The notes below the pieces were generated by a model. That model ran no database searches and was not told where the DNA came from. It saw nothing but the letters and a program-made list of their open reading frames with translations. The translations under genes and the position numbers were made by a program. Shown one piece after another: positions 8,378 through 17,502 of a DNA stretch of 17,982 nt. The DNA comes from Myxococcales bacterium (lineage in GTDB: Bacteria > Myxococcota > Myxococcia > Myxococcales > Anaeromyxobacteraceae), in contig JBBQEB010000072.1 in assembly GCA_038320275.1 (NCBI GenBank), positions 1-17,982 on the forward strand. Reading direction: 5' to 3'. The stretch's first letter is position 1, and each line of letters opens with the position of its first letter.

Positions 8378-9813
8378 GGCCGCTCCGCGCCGATGCGCCA
8401 CCAGGCGGGCGCGCCGTCCGCCCGCAGGACGGGCGCCGATTCCGGCCGGGCGGGGTCGAGGTCGATGACGTTCACCCAGCTCCGGTCGAAGGAGCCGACG
8501 TAGAGCCGCTGCAGCCCGTTCGCGCGCGGCTCCACGGCCAGCCCGAAGGGCTGCCGTCCCAGGAGCGGATTGCCCGGATCGCAGGGGGTGGGAGCCCCGG
8601 ACGCGCCCGCCGGCCCAACGCCGCAGGTGGCGAAGACCTTGACGATTGCACCTGCCTGGTCGTCGTAGATCGTCACGGTGGCGTCGTCGCCGCTCGTGAC
8701 GGCGACGAGGTCGCGGGGCTGCTCCGCTCCCGCAGCGGCCGGGGGCCGAGGGATCACCCGCACCTCGGTTGCGCCTTTGTCGAGCGGCACCACCCGCAAC
8801 ACGCGCGCGGAGGGAGGACCTCCGGGGAGCGGGGTGAGGTCGAGGACGGCGAGCGCGCCGGCGAGGTCGTTGGAGGGCCGTCCGCCGATGGAGGTGGCCA
8901 GGTCGACATCGTAGATGCGCAGGGCCGCATAGGCGCGGGTGCGGTCCGTGGAGAGCGCGAGCCCCCGCAGCTCCGCGCCGCGCACCACGTCGAAGAGGTT
9001 CACCGTCGTGGGAAGGCGGTCGGGCGTGGCGAGCTCGATCCAGCGGAGGGGGCTGAAGCCCACCCCGGCGAAGCGGCTGGTGACGAAGAGGCGCGTCGTG
9101 ACCGGGTCGAAGACCGTGCTGTGGGTGGGCGAGATCTGGAAGTCGAGCTCGCGGCGGGGCGCGCCCGGGTCGGCGAGGTCGAGCTGGGAGAGCCAGCCCT
9201 CCCCGCCGGGCGTGCGCAGGTAGGTGACGAAGGCCAGCTGGCGCGGCGTGGGCGGCTCCCCCTGTGCAACCGGGAAGTTGCCGCACGCCACCGTCACGCC
9301 GTACGGATCGGCGAGGCTCCCGGCGAGCGGAAGGGCGCAGCCGGCGCCGCAGGTGAGCGCGCCGTCGTCACCCAGCGTCACCTTGTACAGGGTGTTCTGG
9401 GAGCGCGAGGCGACCAGCGCCTGAGCCGGGCCGCTCCAGCCCGGGCAGGTGGTTGGGTCCGCGAGCGCGATCTCGCCCGCGAAGCTGCCGATCCGCGTCC
9501 CTCCCAGCACCACCGGCGAGAGCGGCGAGGTGGCGTTCGAACCGGCTCCCGCCAGCGTCGCCTCGACGTCCACCGCTAGGAGCGAGCCGCCGTTGGCCGC
9601 GTCGTAGCGCAGGTCGAAGTTGGACGAGGCGACGAGCAGCTGCGTCTGGCACCCCGGCGCGCCGCCCAGGCATCCCGCGGGCACGTGCCGGAGGGTGAGG
9701 CCGGTGGGGAAGTAGAACCGGTCTTCGGGCGGCGGCGTGGAGAGCGGAGCGTCGCCGCAGGCGAGCGCTCCGGCCAGCGCGAGGAGGACCGGGAGGAAGG
9801 TGTGTTTCGACAT
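8374..9813 (-). CDS. Lipoprotein (479 aa), YncE/YVTN-like seven-bladed beta-propeller; function unknown
   Basis: MSKHTFLPVLLALAGALA-C lipobox from ATG 9813. Seven blade-start motifs: YFPTGLTL, SFAGEIAL, ADPYGVTV, SPTHSTVFD, AELRGLALS, KGATEVRV, RQPFGLAV, with strands such as LFVTSR, RAYAAL and LYVGSFDRSWVNVIDL. Eight further Cys. Confidence 0.85.
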   Translation of the reverse strand: MSKHTFLPVLLALAGALACGDAPLSTPPPEDRFYFPTGLTLRHVPAGCLGGAPGCQTQLLVASSNFDLRYDAANGGSLLAVDVEATLAGAGSNATSPLSPVVLGGTRIGSFAGEIALADPTTCPGWSGPAQALVASRSQNTLYKVTLGDDGALTCGAGCALPLAGSLADPYGVTVACGNFPVAQGEPPTPRQLAFVTYLRTPGGEGWLSQLDLADPGAPRRELDFQISPTHSTVFDPVTTRLFVTSRFAGVGFSPLRWIELATPDRLPTTVNLFDVVRGAELRGLALSTDRTRAYAALRIYDVDLATSIGGRPSNDLAGALAVLDLTPLPGGPPSARVLRVVPLDKGATEVRVIPRPPAAAGAEQPRDLVAVTSGDDATVTIYDDQAGAIVKVFATCGVGPAGASGAPTPCDPGNPLLGRQPFGLAVEPRANGLQRLYVGSFDRSWVNVIDLDPARPESAPVLRADGAPAWWRIGAERP

Positions 9814-9833
9814 GGCGCTCGACAAGGGCGCGA

Positions 9834-9863
9834 ACCGTAACCGGCGCCTCCAGCGCGGGTCAA
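9834..9863 (-). promoter_or_regulatory. Putative sigma70-type promoter of the lipoprotein pair
   Basis: Minus strand TTGACC (9863-9858), 18-nt spacer, TACGGT (9839-9834), 20 nt before ATG 9813. Confidence 0.55.
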
Positions 9864-9878
9864 CCCGGAAAGCCGCGC

Positions 9879-11992
9879 TCAGCCGCCGTGCGCCTGGGGC
9901 GCCTGGGGCAGCTCCACCTGGATCTTGCGGAAGTCCGCGACGCCGGCGAACAGGTTCGCCACGCGCCCGACCAGCGCCAGCCGGTTCGCCCGGAGCTCCG
10001 GCTCCTCGGCCATGACCAGCACGTCGTCGAAGAAGCGGTCCACCGCGGGCTTCAGCTCGGCGACCGTGCGCAGCAGCGCCCGGTAGTCGCTCCCTCGCTC
10101 GTCGCGCAGCGCGCGTGCGGAGCCCTCGACCCGAGCCACCTCCTCCGAGAGGTGTCGCTCGGCCTCGTCGCGCAGGAGAGCCGGGTCGACCTCGCGCGTG
10201 CCCGAGGACTGAGCCTTCTCGCGGATGTTCGCCACGCGCTTGAAGGCCACGGCGAGGGGGACGAAGTCGGGCCGCCGCTTGATATCGGCGAGCGCCTCCA
10301 GCCTCGCGCGCGCGTCGACGACATCGTCGAGGCCGGCGGCCAGCACCGCCTCCCCCAGGTCGGCGTCGTGGCCCTCGCTCCAGAGCGCCTTCACCCTGCC
10401 GCGCAAGAAGTCGAGCACCGCCGCGCGGACTGCCGCGCGATCGCCGGAGACCACCTCCCCGAGCGCCTCCAGCGCGGCGTCCACCGCCCCGCCCAGCGAC
10501 AGGCGATAGCCTCTCGCCTGCACGATCCGCAGGATGCCGATCGCCGCCCGCCGGAGCCCGAAGGGATCGGCGGCGCCGGTGGCCTTCTCTCCCACCCCGA
10601 TGATCCCGACGAGCTGGTGCAGGCGGTCGGCGAGGCCGACCACCGCCCCCACGTCGCCGCGCGGCATCTCCTCGGAGGCGCCGATGGGCCGATAGTGGTC
10701 CTCGATGGCGTCGGCCACCTCGGGGCTCTCCCCCTCCAGCCGCGCGTAGTGCGCCCCCATGATGCCCTGCAGCTCGGGGAACTCCCCGACCATGCCCGTG
10801 TTCAGATCCACCTTGCAGAGCTGCGCTGCCCGGGCGATCGCGTCTCGCGATTCCCCCAGCCCGAGCGCGTCGGCGAGCGCGAGCGCGATGCGCTCGATGC
10901 GCCCCGCGCGCTGCAGCTCGCTGCCGAGCTTCGCCTGGTAGGTGCGCCGGCCGAGGTCGGGGATGCGGCTCGCGAGCGAACGCTTCCGATCCTCCTCGAA
11001 GAAGAAGCGCGCGTCGGCGAGGCGCGCGCGCAGCACGCGCTCGTAACCGTTGCGCGCCACCTTGGGATCGACGACGGGCGTCCCGGAGAGCGCTACGAAG
11101 CGGTTCGTCAGCTTGCCCGAGGCGTCCAGCACCGCGAAGTAGCGCTGGTGGTCCCGCAGCTCGCTCACCACCACCTCCGGCGGGAGCGAGAGGTCGGAAG
11201 CCTCGAACGTGCCGCCGATCGCGGTGGGATGCTCGAGCAGGTTCGTCACCTGCTGCAGCAGCGACTCGTCCGGCCTCGCCCGGCCCCCGCCCTTCCTGGC
11301 GCTCCGGGCGAGCTCCTTCTCGACCGCCGCCCTGCGCTCCTGCGGGTCGACGAGGACGTATGCCTTGCGCAGCCGCGCGAGGTAGTCCTCCGGCGTGCCC
11401 CGCAGCGGGATGGCCCGGGGCGCGAGGAAGCGGTGGCCGTAGGTGACGACGCTCGCGCGGACGTCCCCGTAGACGACCTTGATCGGCTTGCCGCCGAGCA
11501 TCGCCACCATCCAGCGCACGGGCCGGGCGAAGGTCGCCGTCCCGTCGCCCCAGCGCATCACCTTCTTGAACCTCAGCCGTCCGACCAGGGCGGCCAGGAG
11601 CTCCGGCAGCACCGCCGAGGCCTTCCGTCCCGCCTCGACCCGGTAGGCGGCGAGCCGCTCCCCCTTGGGCGTCTGCACGCGATGCAGCTCCTCCACCGGG
11701 CAGCCCTGGCTCTTTGCGAAGCCGAGCGCGGCCACAGTGGGCTTGCCCTCGGCGTCGAAGGCCGCCGCCACAGGAGGCCCGAGCGCCTCGCTCCTGAGCG
11801 TGAGCTGCTTCGACTCGAGGTCGCGCGCCCAGACCGTCAGCCGCCTTGGCGTACCGACCGCCTTCACCTCGCCGTGGGCGAGCCGCGCCTCGAGGAGGGC
11901 CTTCGCGAGGTCCTCCTCCAGCTGTCGAAGGGCCGGCGTGATGAAGCCGGCGGGGATCTCCTCGGTGCCGATCTCGAACAGGAGGTCTGCCA

Positions 11993-11993
<1 letters not shown>
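9879..11993 (-). CDS. glyS: Glycine--tRNA ligase beta subunit (704 aa)
   Basis: MADLLFEIGTEEIPA, TPRRL, MRWG...FARPVRW, GYERVLRARLADARFF, MVGEFPELQGIMG, ADPFGLRR, C-terminal DALR-like FFDDVLVM...RANRL. ATG overlaps the glyQ stop (TGATG). Confidence 0.98.
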
Positions 11994-12892
<899 letters not shown>

Positions 12893-12916
12893 GTGGACCT
12901 CCTCGCGAGGCCGGCG

Positions 12917-12945
12917 ACCGTACGGCCCAAGGGCCCGGTCGTCAA
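12917..12945 (-). promoter_or_regulatory. Putative sigma70-type promoter of glyQS
   Basis: Minus strand TTGACG (12945-12940), 17-nt spacer, TACGGT (12922-12917), followed by the SD and GTG. Confidence 0.65.
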
Positions 12946-12948
12946 TTG

Positions 12949-13092
12949 AAGGAGAGCTGCGCCCTCCCCCTGCCGAGCGGAGCTCGTCAGGGGCCCCCAC
13001 CTGCTCGCAGGGGCCCACGCGCCACTCCGTGGCGCTGTCCCTGCCGCGCGCCTGCGGCGCGTCATTCGTCCGAAAGGAGAGCTGCGCCCTCC
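12949..13092. repeat. Structured 106-bp element bounded by exact 19-bp direct repeats
   Basis: AAGGAGAGCTGCGCCCTCC at 12949-12967 and 13074-13092; each copy is a hairpin on the minus strand (GGAGGGC-GCA-GCTCTCC-TT). Internal stems GGGCCCC/GGGGCCC (12991-12997/13010-13016) and GCGCCAC-TCC-GTGGCGC (13019-13035). Confidence 0.75.
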
Positions 13093-13093
13093 T

Positions 13094-13867
13094 TCAGCCG
13101 CCGCCCAGCATGGGAGCGATCTCGTCGAGGAACTTCCGGCTCGAGAGGCGCCGCCCCAGGTGGTGCTCGATGAAGGCGGTGAGCGCGCCCCGCGCCTCGC
13201 GCCCCGCGGCGCCAGGGAGCACCTCGCCCGCGGCTGCCGGGAGCCCTCCCGCCTGGAGCGCGCGCAGCCCCTCCACCGCCGCCCGGCTCAGCCTCGGCGC
13301 GCCGCGCGGCGCCGCCGCGACACACCCCTCGCACAGGAGCCCTCCGTCCGCCGGGTCGAGCACCGCCTGTCCTTCCGGGGCCGGTCCTCCGCAGCGAGCG
13401 CAGCGGTCGAGCCTCGGCATCAGCCCGGCCGCGGCGAGCGCACCCAGCTCCAGCGCGCGCAGCGCGGTGGGGCGGGCGGGCGCGTCGTCGAGGAGAGCGA
13501 GGTACGCCACCAGGAGCGCGAAGAGACTCTCGTGCGGCTCACCGTCCCGGAGAAGCTCCCCCGCGAGCTCGCAGGCGTAGCTCGCGCAGGCGATGCGCGC
13601 GAGGTCGCCGCGAATCGCGCCGAATCCGCGCGCAACTGCGACGCTGTCGAGGGTGAACAGGTCCCGCCCGCGCCGCTCGATCACCTCCGCCGCCAGCAGC
13701 GTGAAAGGCTCGAGAGCCCCGCCGAAGCGGCGGCGCGAGGCGCGGGCGCTGCGCGCGAAGGCCGAGAGCTTGCCGCGCTCCCGGCTGAAGAGGGAGACGA
13801 CGCGGTCGGCCTCGCCGTAGTCCACCGTGCGCAGGACCACCGCCTCGAGCTTCAGACGATCCGCCAC
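13094..13867 (-). CDS. recO: DNA repair protein RecO
   Basis: EAVVLRTVDYGEADRVVSLFSRERGK, ARSARASRRRFGGALEPF OB-fold, C4 zinc finger CARC...LLCEGC. Confidence 0.96.
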   Translation of the reverse strand: MADRLKLEAVVLRTVDYGEADRVVSLFSRERGKLSAFARSARASRRRFGGALEPFTLLAAEVIERRGRDLFTLDSVAVARGFGAIRGDLARIACASYACELAGELLRDGEPHESLFALLVAYLALLDDAPARPTALRALELGALAAAGLMPRLDRCARCGGPAPEGQAVLDPADGGLLCEGCVAAAPRGAPRLSRAAVEGLRALQAGGLPAAAGEVLPGAAGREARGALTAFIEHHLGRRLSSRKFLDEIAPMLGGG

Positions 13868-13873
13868 TCCCGG

Positions 13874-14350
13874 TCACCGGCCCGGCTCGGACCCGTAAGG
13901 CGCCCGCTGCACGGCGCGCGGATGGTCGAGCCGGAGTGGCCGGCGCTCGCGCGGCGAGCCGAACAGGCCGAACCAGGCCAGGATGGCGAGGAGCACGATG
14001 GCGATGGCGGCGGCGAGGGCCGAGACCGGGAACCGGCGGCGGCGCGGCCTCGCGTCCTCCGGCCCGGCGACCTCTTGCCAGCGCAGCACGAGGTCGTCCG
14101 GATCGAGCCCCACCACCGCGGCGTAGGTCCGGAGGTACGCCGACGTATAGGCGCGGGGCGGCATCCGCTGGGGGTCGCCCGATTCCAGCGCCGCGATCAT
14201 GGCGCTCCCGAGGTGCGTCGAGGCCCCCACCTGCTCGCGGGTGAGCCCCCGCAGCGCCCGCTCCTGGAGGAGCCAGCGCGCGAAGGACTCCGCGGTCGGC
14301 TTCCCCTCCGGCCGCTCTCCTTCGGCCGGGGTGGGACGCGCCTCCGTCAC
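13874..14350 (-). CDS. Short RodZ-like protein (HTH_25-type domain plus one TM helix, 158 aa)
   Basis: 3' part of ORF 13874..15319; GTG 14350 in a GTGA overlap with the tgl stop. WLLQERALRGLTREQVGASTHL...IAALESGD...AYLRTYAAVVGLD matches the RodZ N-domain, then RPRRRR and a hydrophobic helix. Confidence 0.8.
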   Translation of the reverse strand: MTEARPTPAEGERPEGKPTAESFARWLLQERALRGLTREQVGASTHLGSAMIAALESGDPQRMPPRAYTSAYLRTYAAVVGLDPDDLVLRWQEVAGPEDARPRRRRFPVSALAAAIAIVLLAILAWFGLFGSPRERRPLRLDHPRAVQRAPYGSEPGR

Positions 14351-15111
14351 CGCAGCGCCCCCTCCAGGCGGCGGCACTCCACGACCACAGGGTCGTCGCC
14401 CCCCAGGGCCACGCACCGCCCGAAGGCCTCGCGCGCACCCTCGGTGTCGCCCCCGCGCATGCGCGCCGCGCCGAGCTGGATCCAGGCATCGGGAACTTTT
14501 TCGCACAGCTCCGCGTATCGTCCCAGGGAGGCCAGCGCGGCCTTGACGTCGCCCTCCTCCAGCGCGATGCGGCCCATCTCGCGGTGGCCCTGGCAGTAGC
14601 GCGGCGCGGCGGCCACGCAGGCGCGGAGCTCGTTCAGGCCCTCGCGCCGGCGCCCGAGCCGGTAGAGCACCTGTCCCTTGTTGCACCGGGCGACATACGC
14701 GTCGCGGTAGAGAAGGTCGTCGAGGGCGAGGTCGAACTGCTTCAGCGCCTCCTCCTGCCGCCCGCTGAGGGCGAGGAGCTGTCCGAGGGCGTTGTGCGCG
14801 TCGGGCAGCGCGGGCTGGAGCTCCAGGGCCCGTCGGTAGTCGCGCTCCGCGTCGGGCAGCTTGCCGAAGTACTGGTAGGCGATGCCGCGGCCCAGGTGGG
14901 CGTTGGGATGGCGCTCCTCGAAGCGGAGCGCCTCGTCGAACTCGCGCAGCGCGTCGGCGCGCCGGCCCGCCTGCAGCGCCTCGGCGCCGAGCTGGTAGTG
15001 GATCTCGGCCGCCTGGCGCTCCTTGCCCGAGGGGCCGTGGGCGCAGCCGAGGGCCAGGGCCAGCGCGGCAAGCGATGCCAGGCGATGAGGCGGAGGCTGC
15101 AGGCGCACCAT
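14347..15111 (-). CDS. tgl: TPR lipoprotein, type IV pilus secretin pilotin (Tgl/PilF/PilW family)
   Basis: Lipobox LALGC, then KERQAAEIHYQLG, about six TPRs, ALDDLLY, and C-terminal Cys pattern (YC, RYAELC, AFGRC, ECRRL). From memory this closely parallels Myxococcus Tgl. Confidence 0.88.
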   Translation of the reverse strand: MVRLQPPPHRLASLAALALALGCAHGPSGKERQAAEIHYQLGAEALQAGRRADALREFDEALRFEERHPNAHLGRGIAYQYFGKLPDAERDYRRALELQPALPDAHNALGQLLALSGRQEEALKQFDLALDDLLYRDAYVARCNKGQVLYRLGRRREGLNELRACVAAAPRYCQGHREMGRIALEEGDVKAALASLGRYAELCEKVPDAWIQLGAARMRGGDTEGAREAFGRCVALGGDDPVVVECRRLEGALR

Positions 15112-15114
15112 GGT

Positions 15115-15747
15115 CTACACTCCGCGCGCTTCCGCGCCCCAGACGATCTTGTGGATCTGGAGATTGAGCCGCGCCTCGAGGCCGCTGTCCAGGATCCAGC
15201 GCGCGAGCTCGCGCGGCGCGACGAGGCCGTGCACGGGCGAGACGAGGACCGACACCCGCTTCTCCAGCCGGTACTCGCGGATGATCCCCTCCGCCCAGCG
15301 CCAGTCCGCCTCCGAGCACACCACGAACTTCACCTCGTCGTGCGGCCGCAGCCCGTCGAGATACCCGAGGTCCCCGGGGGCCTCGCCCGAGCCGGGCGTC
15401 TTCACGTCCACGATGCGGACCACCTCGCGTGGCAGCGCGCCGAGCGGCCGCTGGCCGTGCGTCTCCACCGTGACCTCGTATCCGCGGTCGAGGAGGTCCT
15501 GCGCCAGCTCCGGCAGCTCCCGCTGGAGGAGCGGTTCACCGCCCGTGAGGAGCACGAGCTTCGTGGGGCTCTTCGCGACCTCGTCCAGGATCTCCGCCCG
15601 CGAGAGGTCCCGCCCGCCGTGAAAGGCGTAGGCGGTGTCACAATATCCGCAGCGCAGGTCGCAGCCGGTGAAGCGGACGAAGGCGCAGGGGCGCCCGGCG
15701 CGTGTGCCTTCGCCCTGGAGGCTGAAGAAGATCTCGGTGACTCGCAT
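15115..15747 (-). CDS. queE: 7-carboxy-7-deazaguanine synthase (radical SAM)
   Basis: EIFFSLQGEG, FVRFTGCDLRCGYCDT (CxxxCxxC), LTGGEPLLQ, VETHG, DVKTPGSG, C-terminal LQIHKIVW. Confidence 0.92.
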   Translation of the reverse strand: MRVTEIFFSLQGEGTRAGRPCAFVRFTGCDLRCGYCDTAYAFHGGRDLSRAEILDEVAKSPTKLVLLTGGEPLLQRELPELAQDLLDRGYEVTVETHGQRPLGALPREVVRIVDVKTPGSGEAPGDLGYLDGLRPHDEVKFVVCSEADWRWAEGIIREYRLEKRVSVLVSPVHGLVAPRELARWILDSGLEARLNLQIHKIVWGAEARGV

Positions 15748-15774
15748 GGGTGCGCGCCCGTTGGCGCGGCGAAC

Positions 15775-16587
15775 CTAGCGCGCGGAAGCGAGCTGCGCAG
15801 CCTCGCCCGAACGCCCGTGCCCCGCAACGCCGCCCGGCCGCACGGCCGGCACGCGGTCCGCGCGCGCGAGCTGGGCGCGGCGCGCATGGCGCCTGCGCAG
15901 GCGTGTGAGCTCCCGGTTCACGCGGGTGGGGTAGACCTGGAACCGGTGCGGGATCTCGCCGCTCTCCTCCATGTGCCGGCGGATCCGGTTGGGCCCGGCG
16001 TTGTAGGCCATGAGGGCGACCTCGGGCGAGCCGAAGGCGCTGAGCAGGCGGCGGTAGTAGCGGATCCCCACCTGCACGTTGACGATGGGATCGTCGAGAT
16101 CGGCCTCCTCGAGGTTGGCCCGCTCCGCCTCGCGCTGAGCCGTCTCGGGGCGGAGCTGCATGAGCCCGCGCGCCCCGCGCCCGCTCTCGGCCACGTGATC
16201 GAAGCCCGACTCCACCGCGATGACCGCGAGGACGAACAGCGGGTCGAGCGAGGCCGCCCTGGCCTCGCGGTAGATGACGTCGGCGAGCCGCCGGCGCTCG
16301 GGCGCCGGGAGCGACGGCATGCGCTCGGCCAGGGTCGAGCTGAGCTCGCGAATCCATCCGAGGCGGTCGAGCATCTTCTTGGCCGCGGGAGGCGGCCGCG
16401 CGGGGGAACTTCCGGGCTCCGCCGCGGAGGCGGAACCGACCGTCGAGGGCATGTCGGGGGGCTGGGCCGGCGCCGCTGGGCCAAAGTGCGGCGCCTCGCT
16501 CAGGGTCCGCGGGAGGACGGTCGCGAGCGCCACCGCCCCCACCGCAACCAACGCTCCCAGAAATCCCTTGACGGTCGGTCTCTTCAT
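15775..16587 (-). CDS. SLT-domain lytic transglycosylase with N-terminal membrane anchor/signal (270 aa)
   Basis: ATG 16587 in an ATGA overlap with the upstream stop. Hydrophobic N-terminus, Pro-rich linker, family-1 motifs AVIAVESGF (catalytic Glu), GARGLMQL, ALMAYNAGP. Confidence 0.92.
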   Translation of the reverse strand: MKRPTVKGFLGALVAVGAVALATVLPRTLSEAPHFGPAAPAQPPDMPSTVGSASAAEPGSSPARPPPAAKKMLDRLGWIRELSSTLAERMPSLPAPERRRLADVIYREARAASLDPLFVLAVIAVESGFDHVAESGRGARGLMQLRPETAQREAERANLEEADLDDPIVNVQVGIRYYRRLLSAFGSPEVALMAYNAGPNRIRRHMEESGEIPHRFQVYPTRVNRELTRLRRRHARRAQLARADRVPAVRPGGVAGHGRSGEAAQLASAR

Positions 16588-16940
16588 GCAGAAGGCCCTT
16601 CGTGTCCGGGTGGCGTCGGGTGGCGCGCGTTCGTGAGCGCCTCCAGACGTGCGGCGATGTTCTCGACCCGCTTGCGCAGCTCCTCGACCTCGTCCCGCGA
16701 CGGCAGCTTGAAGCGGCTGGTCGCCTTCTTCACCGCCTCGTCGAGCGAGCGCTCGATCTCGCGGCGCTGCAGTTGCAGCCGCTCCCCGAATTCCCGTGCC
16801 TGGCGGCGCACGTCCTCGGGGGTGAAGCCGGCCGCGTCGGCGATCTTGGCGATCGCCTTCTCGGCCTCGGCCTCGGCGGCATTGAGGCCAACGAGCGCCT
16901 GGGACCACGCAGCCCGGAACCGCTCCTGAAGCTCTGGCAT
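16584..16940 (-). CDS. Phasin-like (PhaI/PhaF-type) amphipathic coiled-coil protein, 118 aa
   Basis: Starts with AWSQALVGL, all-helical, ends in LPSRDEVEELRKRVENIAARLEAL, the motif typical of polyhydroxyalkanoate granule-associated proteins. Confidence 0.7.
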   Translation of the reverse strand: MPELQERFRAAWSQALVGLNAAEAEAEKAIAKIADAAGFTPEDVRRQAREFGERLQLQRREIERSLDEAVKKATSRFKLPSRDEVEELRKRVENIAARLEALTNARHPTPPGHEGPSA

Positions 16941-16942
16941 GG

Positions 16943-17410
16943 TTAGCCCTGCCCGCCCGTGCGCTTGCCAGCCTTCTTGGCCGGCTTCAGACGCTCGGTC
17001 TTGTCGAGCTTGCGCGCGAGGCGATCGAGCTCGCGCGAGAGCTCCTCCACCTGCTCCTTGGTGGCGGCGCCCAGGAAGGCGACGGCCTTCGTCTGGAGCT
17101 CCTCGAGGCGCTCCATCGCGTCGGCGCGGAAGCTCTCGGCGCGGCCGCGAAGCTCCTGGGCCCGCTCCGCGCCCTGCTCGCGAAGCTTCGCCATGCGTTC
17201 CTTCAGGTCGCTCATGCCCTTCCAGTCCTGCTTGGAGAGGCGCTGGATCAGCTCGGAGACGTCCTTGCGGCTCTCCTTTCCCTTCTGCATGAGGTCCTTG
17301 AAGACGCGCTGCGCCTCCTCCTCGAACTCGACGAGGCGTGCTTGCGCCGCCTCGAGGGGCTCGCGGAGAAAGTCGGGAACCTTGACGTTGTTGCTCATTT
17401 TTTCGGCCAT
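16943..17410 (-). CDS. Phasin-like coiled-coil protein with basic tail, 155 aa
   Basis: EEAQRVFKDLMQKG and LGAATKEQVEELSRELDRLARKLD resemble PhaI/PhaF motifs; Lys-rich tail KPAKKAGKR; AGGA upstream of the ATG. Confidence 0.7.
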   Translation of the reverse strand: MAEKMSNNVKVPDFLREPLEAAQARLVEFEEEAQRVFKDLMQKGKESRKDVSELIQRLSKQDWKGMSDLKERMAKLREQGAERAQELRGRAESFRADAMERLEELQTKAVAFLGAATKEQVEELSRELDRLARKLDKTERLKPAKKAGKRTGGQG

Positions 17411-17468
17411 GGATTCATCCTGCCCGGATCGCTCGCCCTGCCCCGCACGCCCGGTTCGTGACTGGGAG

Positions 17469-17502
17469 TTGACCCACTAACGCATTGCGTTAGCAAGGTC
17501 AA
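17469..17502. promoter_or_regulatory. Palindromic operator overlapping a probable promoter of the phasin-like genes
   Basis: TTGACC-CA-CTAACGCA-T-TGCGTTAG-CAA-GGTCAA: perfect 8-1-8 inverted repeat (17477-17493) inside TTGACC/GGTCAA, in an AT-richer intergenic patch. Confidence 0.65.

Noticed and set aside
5861..8503. Long plus-strand ORFs (also 67-1251, 3120-4904, 9888-12071, 13160-14599, 14584-16929)
   Set aside because: Antisense shadows of genuine minus-strand genes, expected at this GC content; low-complexity translations with no motifs.
8378..9286. N-terminal 303 aa of the 1120-aa ORF
   Set aside because: Arg/Pro-rich off-frame reading of the upstream lipoprotein gene; the signal peptide starts at GTG 8377. 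The same applies to the 5' extensions of the ORFs containing glyS, glyQ, divIVA, the RodZ-like gene and the SLT.
12949..13092. Tandem glycine riboswitch (two GGAGAG motifs upstream of glyQS)
   Set aside because: The GGAGAG motifs are on the strand opposite to glyQ, CCGAAG and CUCUCAGG are not properly present, and the predicted glyQ promoter lies downstream of the element.
12949..13092. Mini CRISPR array
   Set aside because: Only two 19-bp repeats, a 106-bp self-structured spacer and no cas genes.
12893..13093. T-box leader for glyQS
   Set aside because: No UGGNACC T-box antiterminator motif, no U-tailed terminator before the gene, and the promoter is only about 25 nt from the start.
15115..15747. 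QueE as part of a 7-deazaguanine DNA-modification or defence island
   Set aside because: No dpd, tgt-like, queC or mobile genes nearby; the context is housekeeping.
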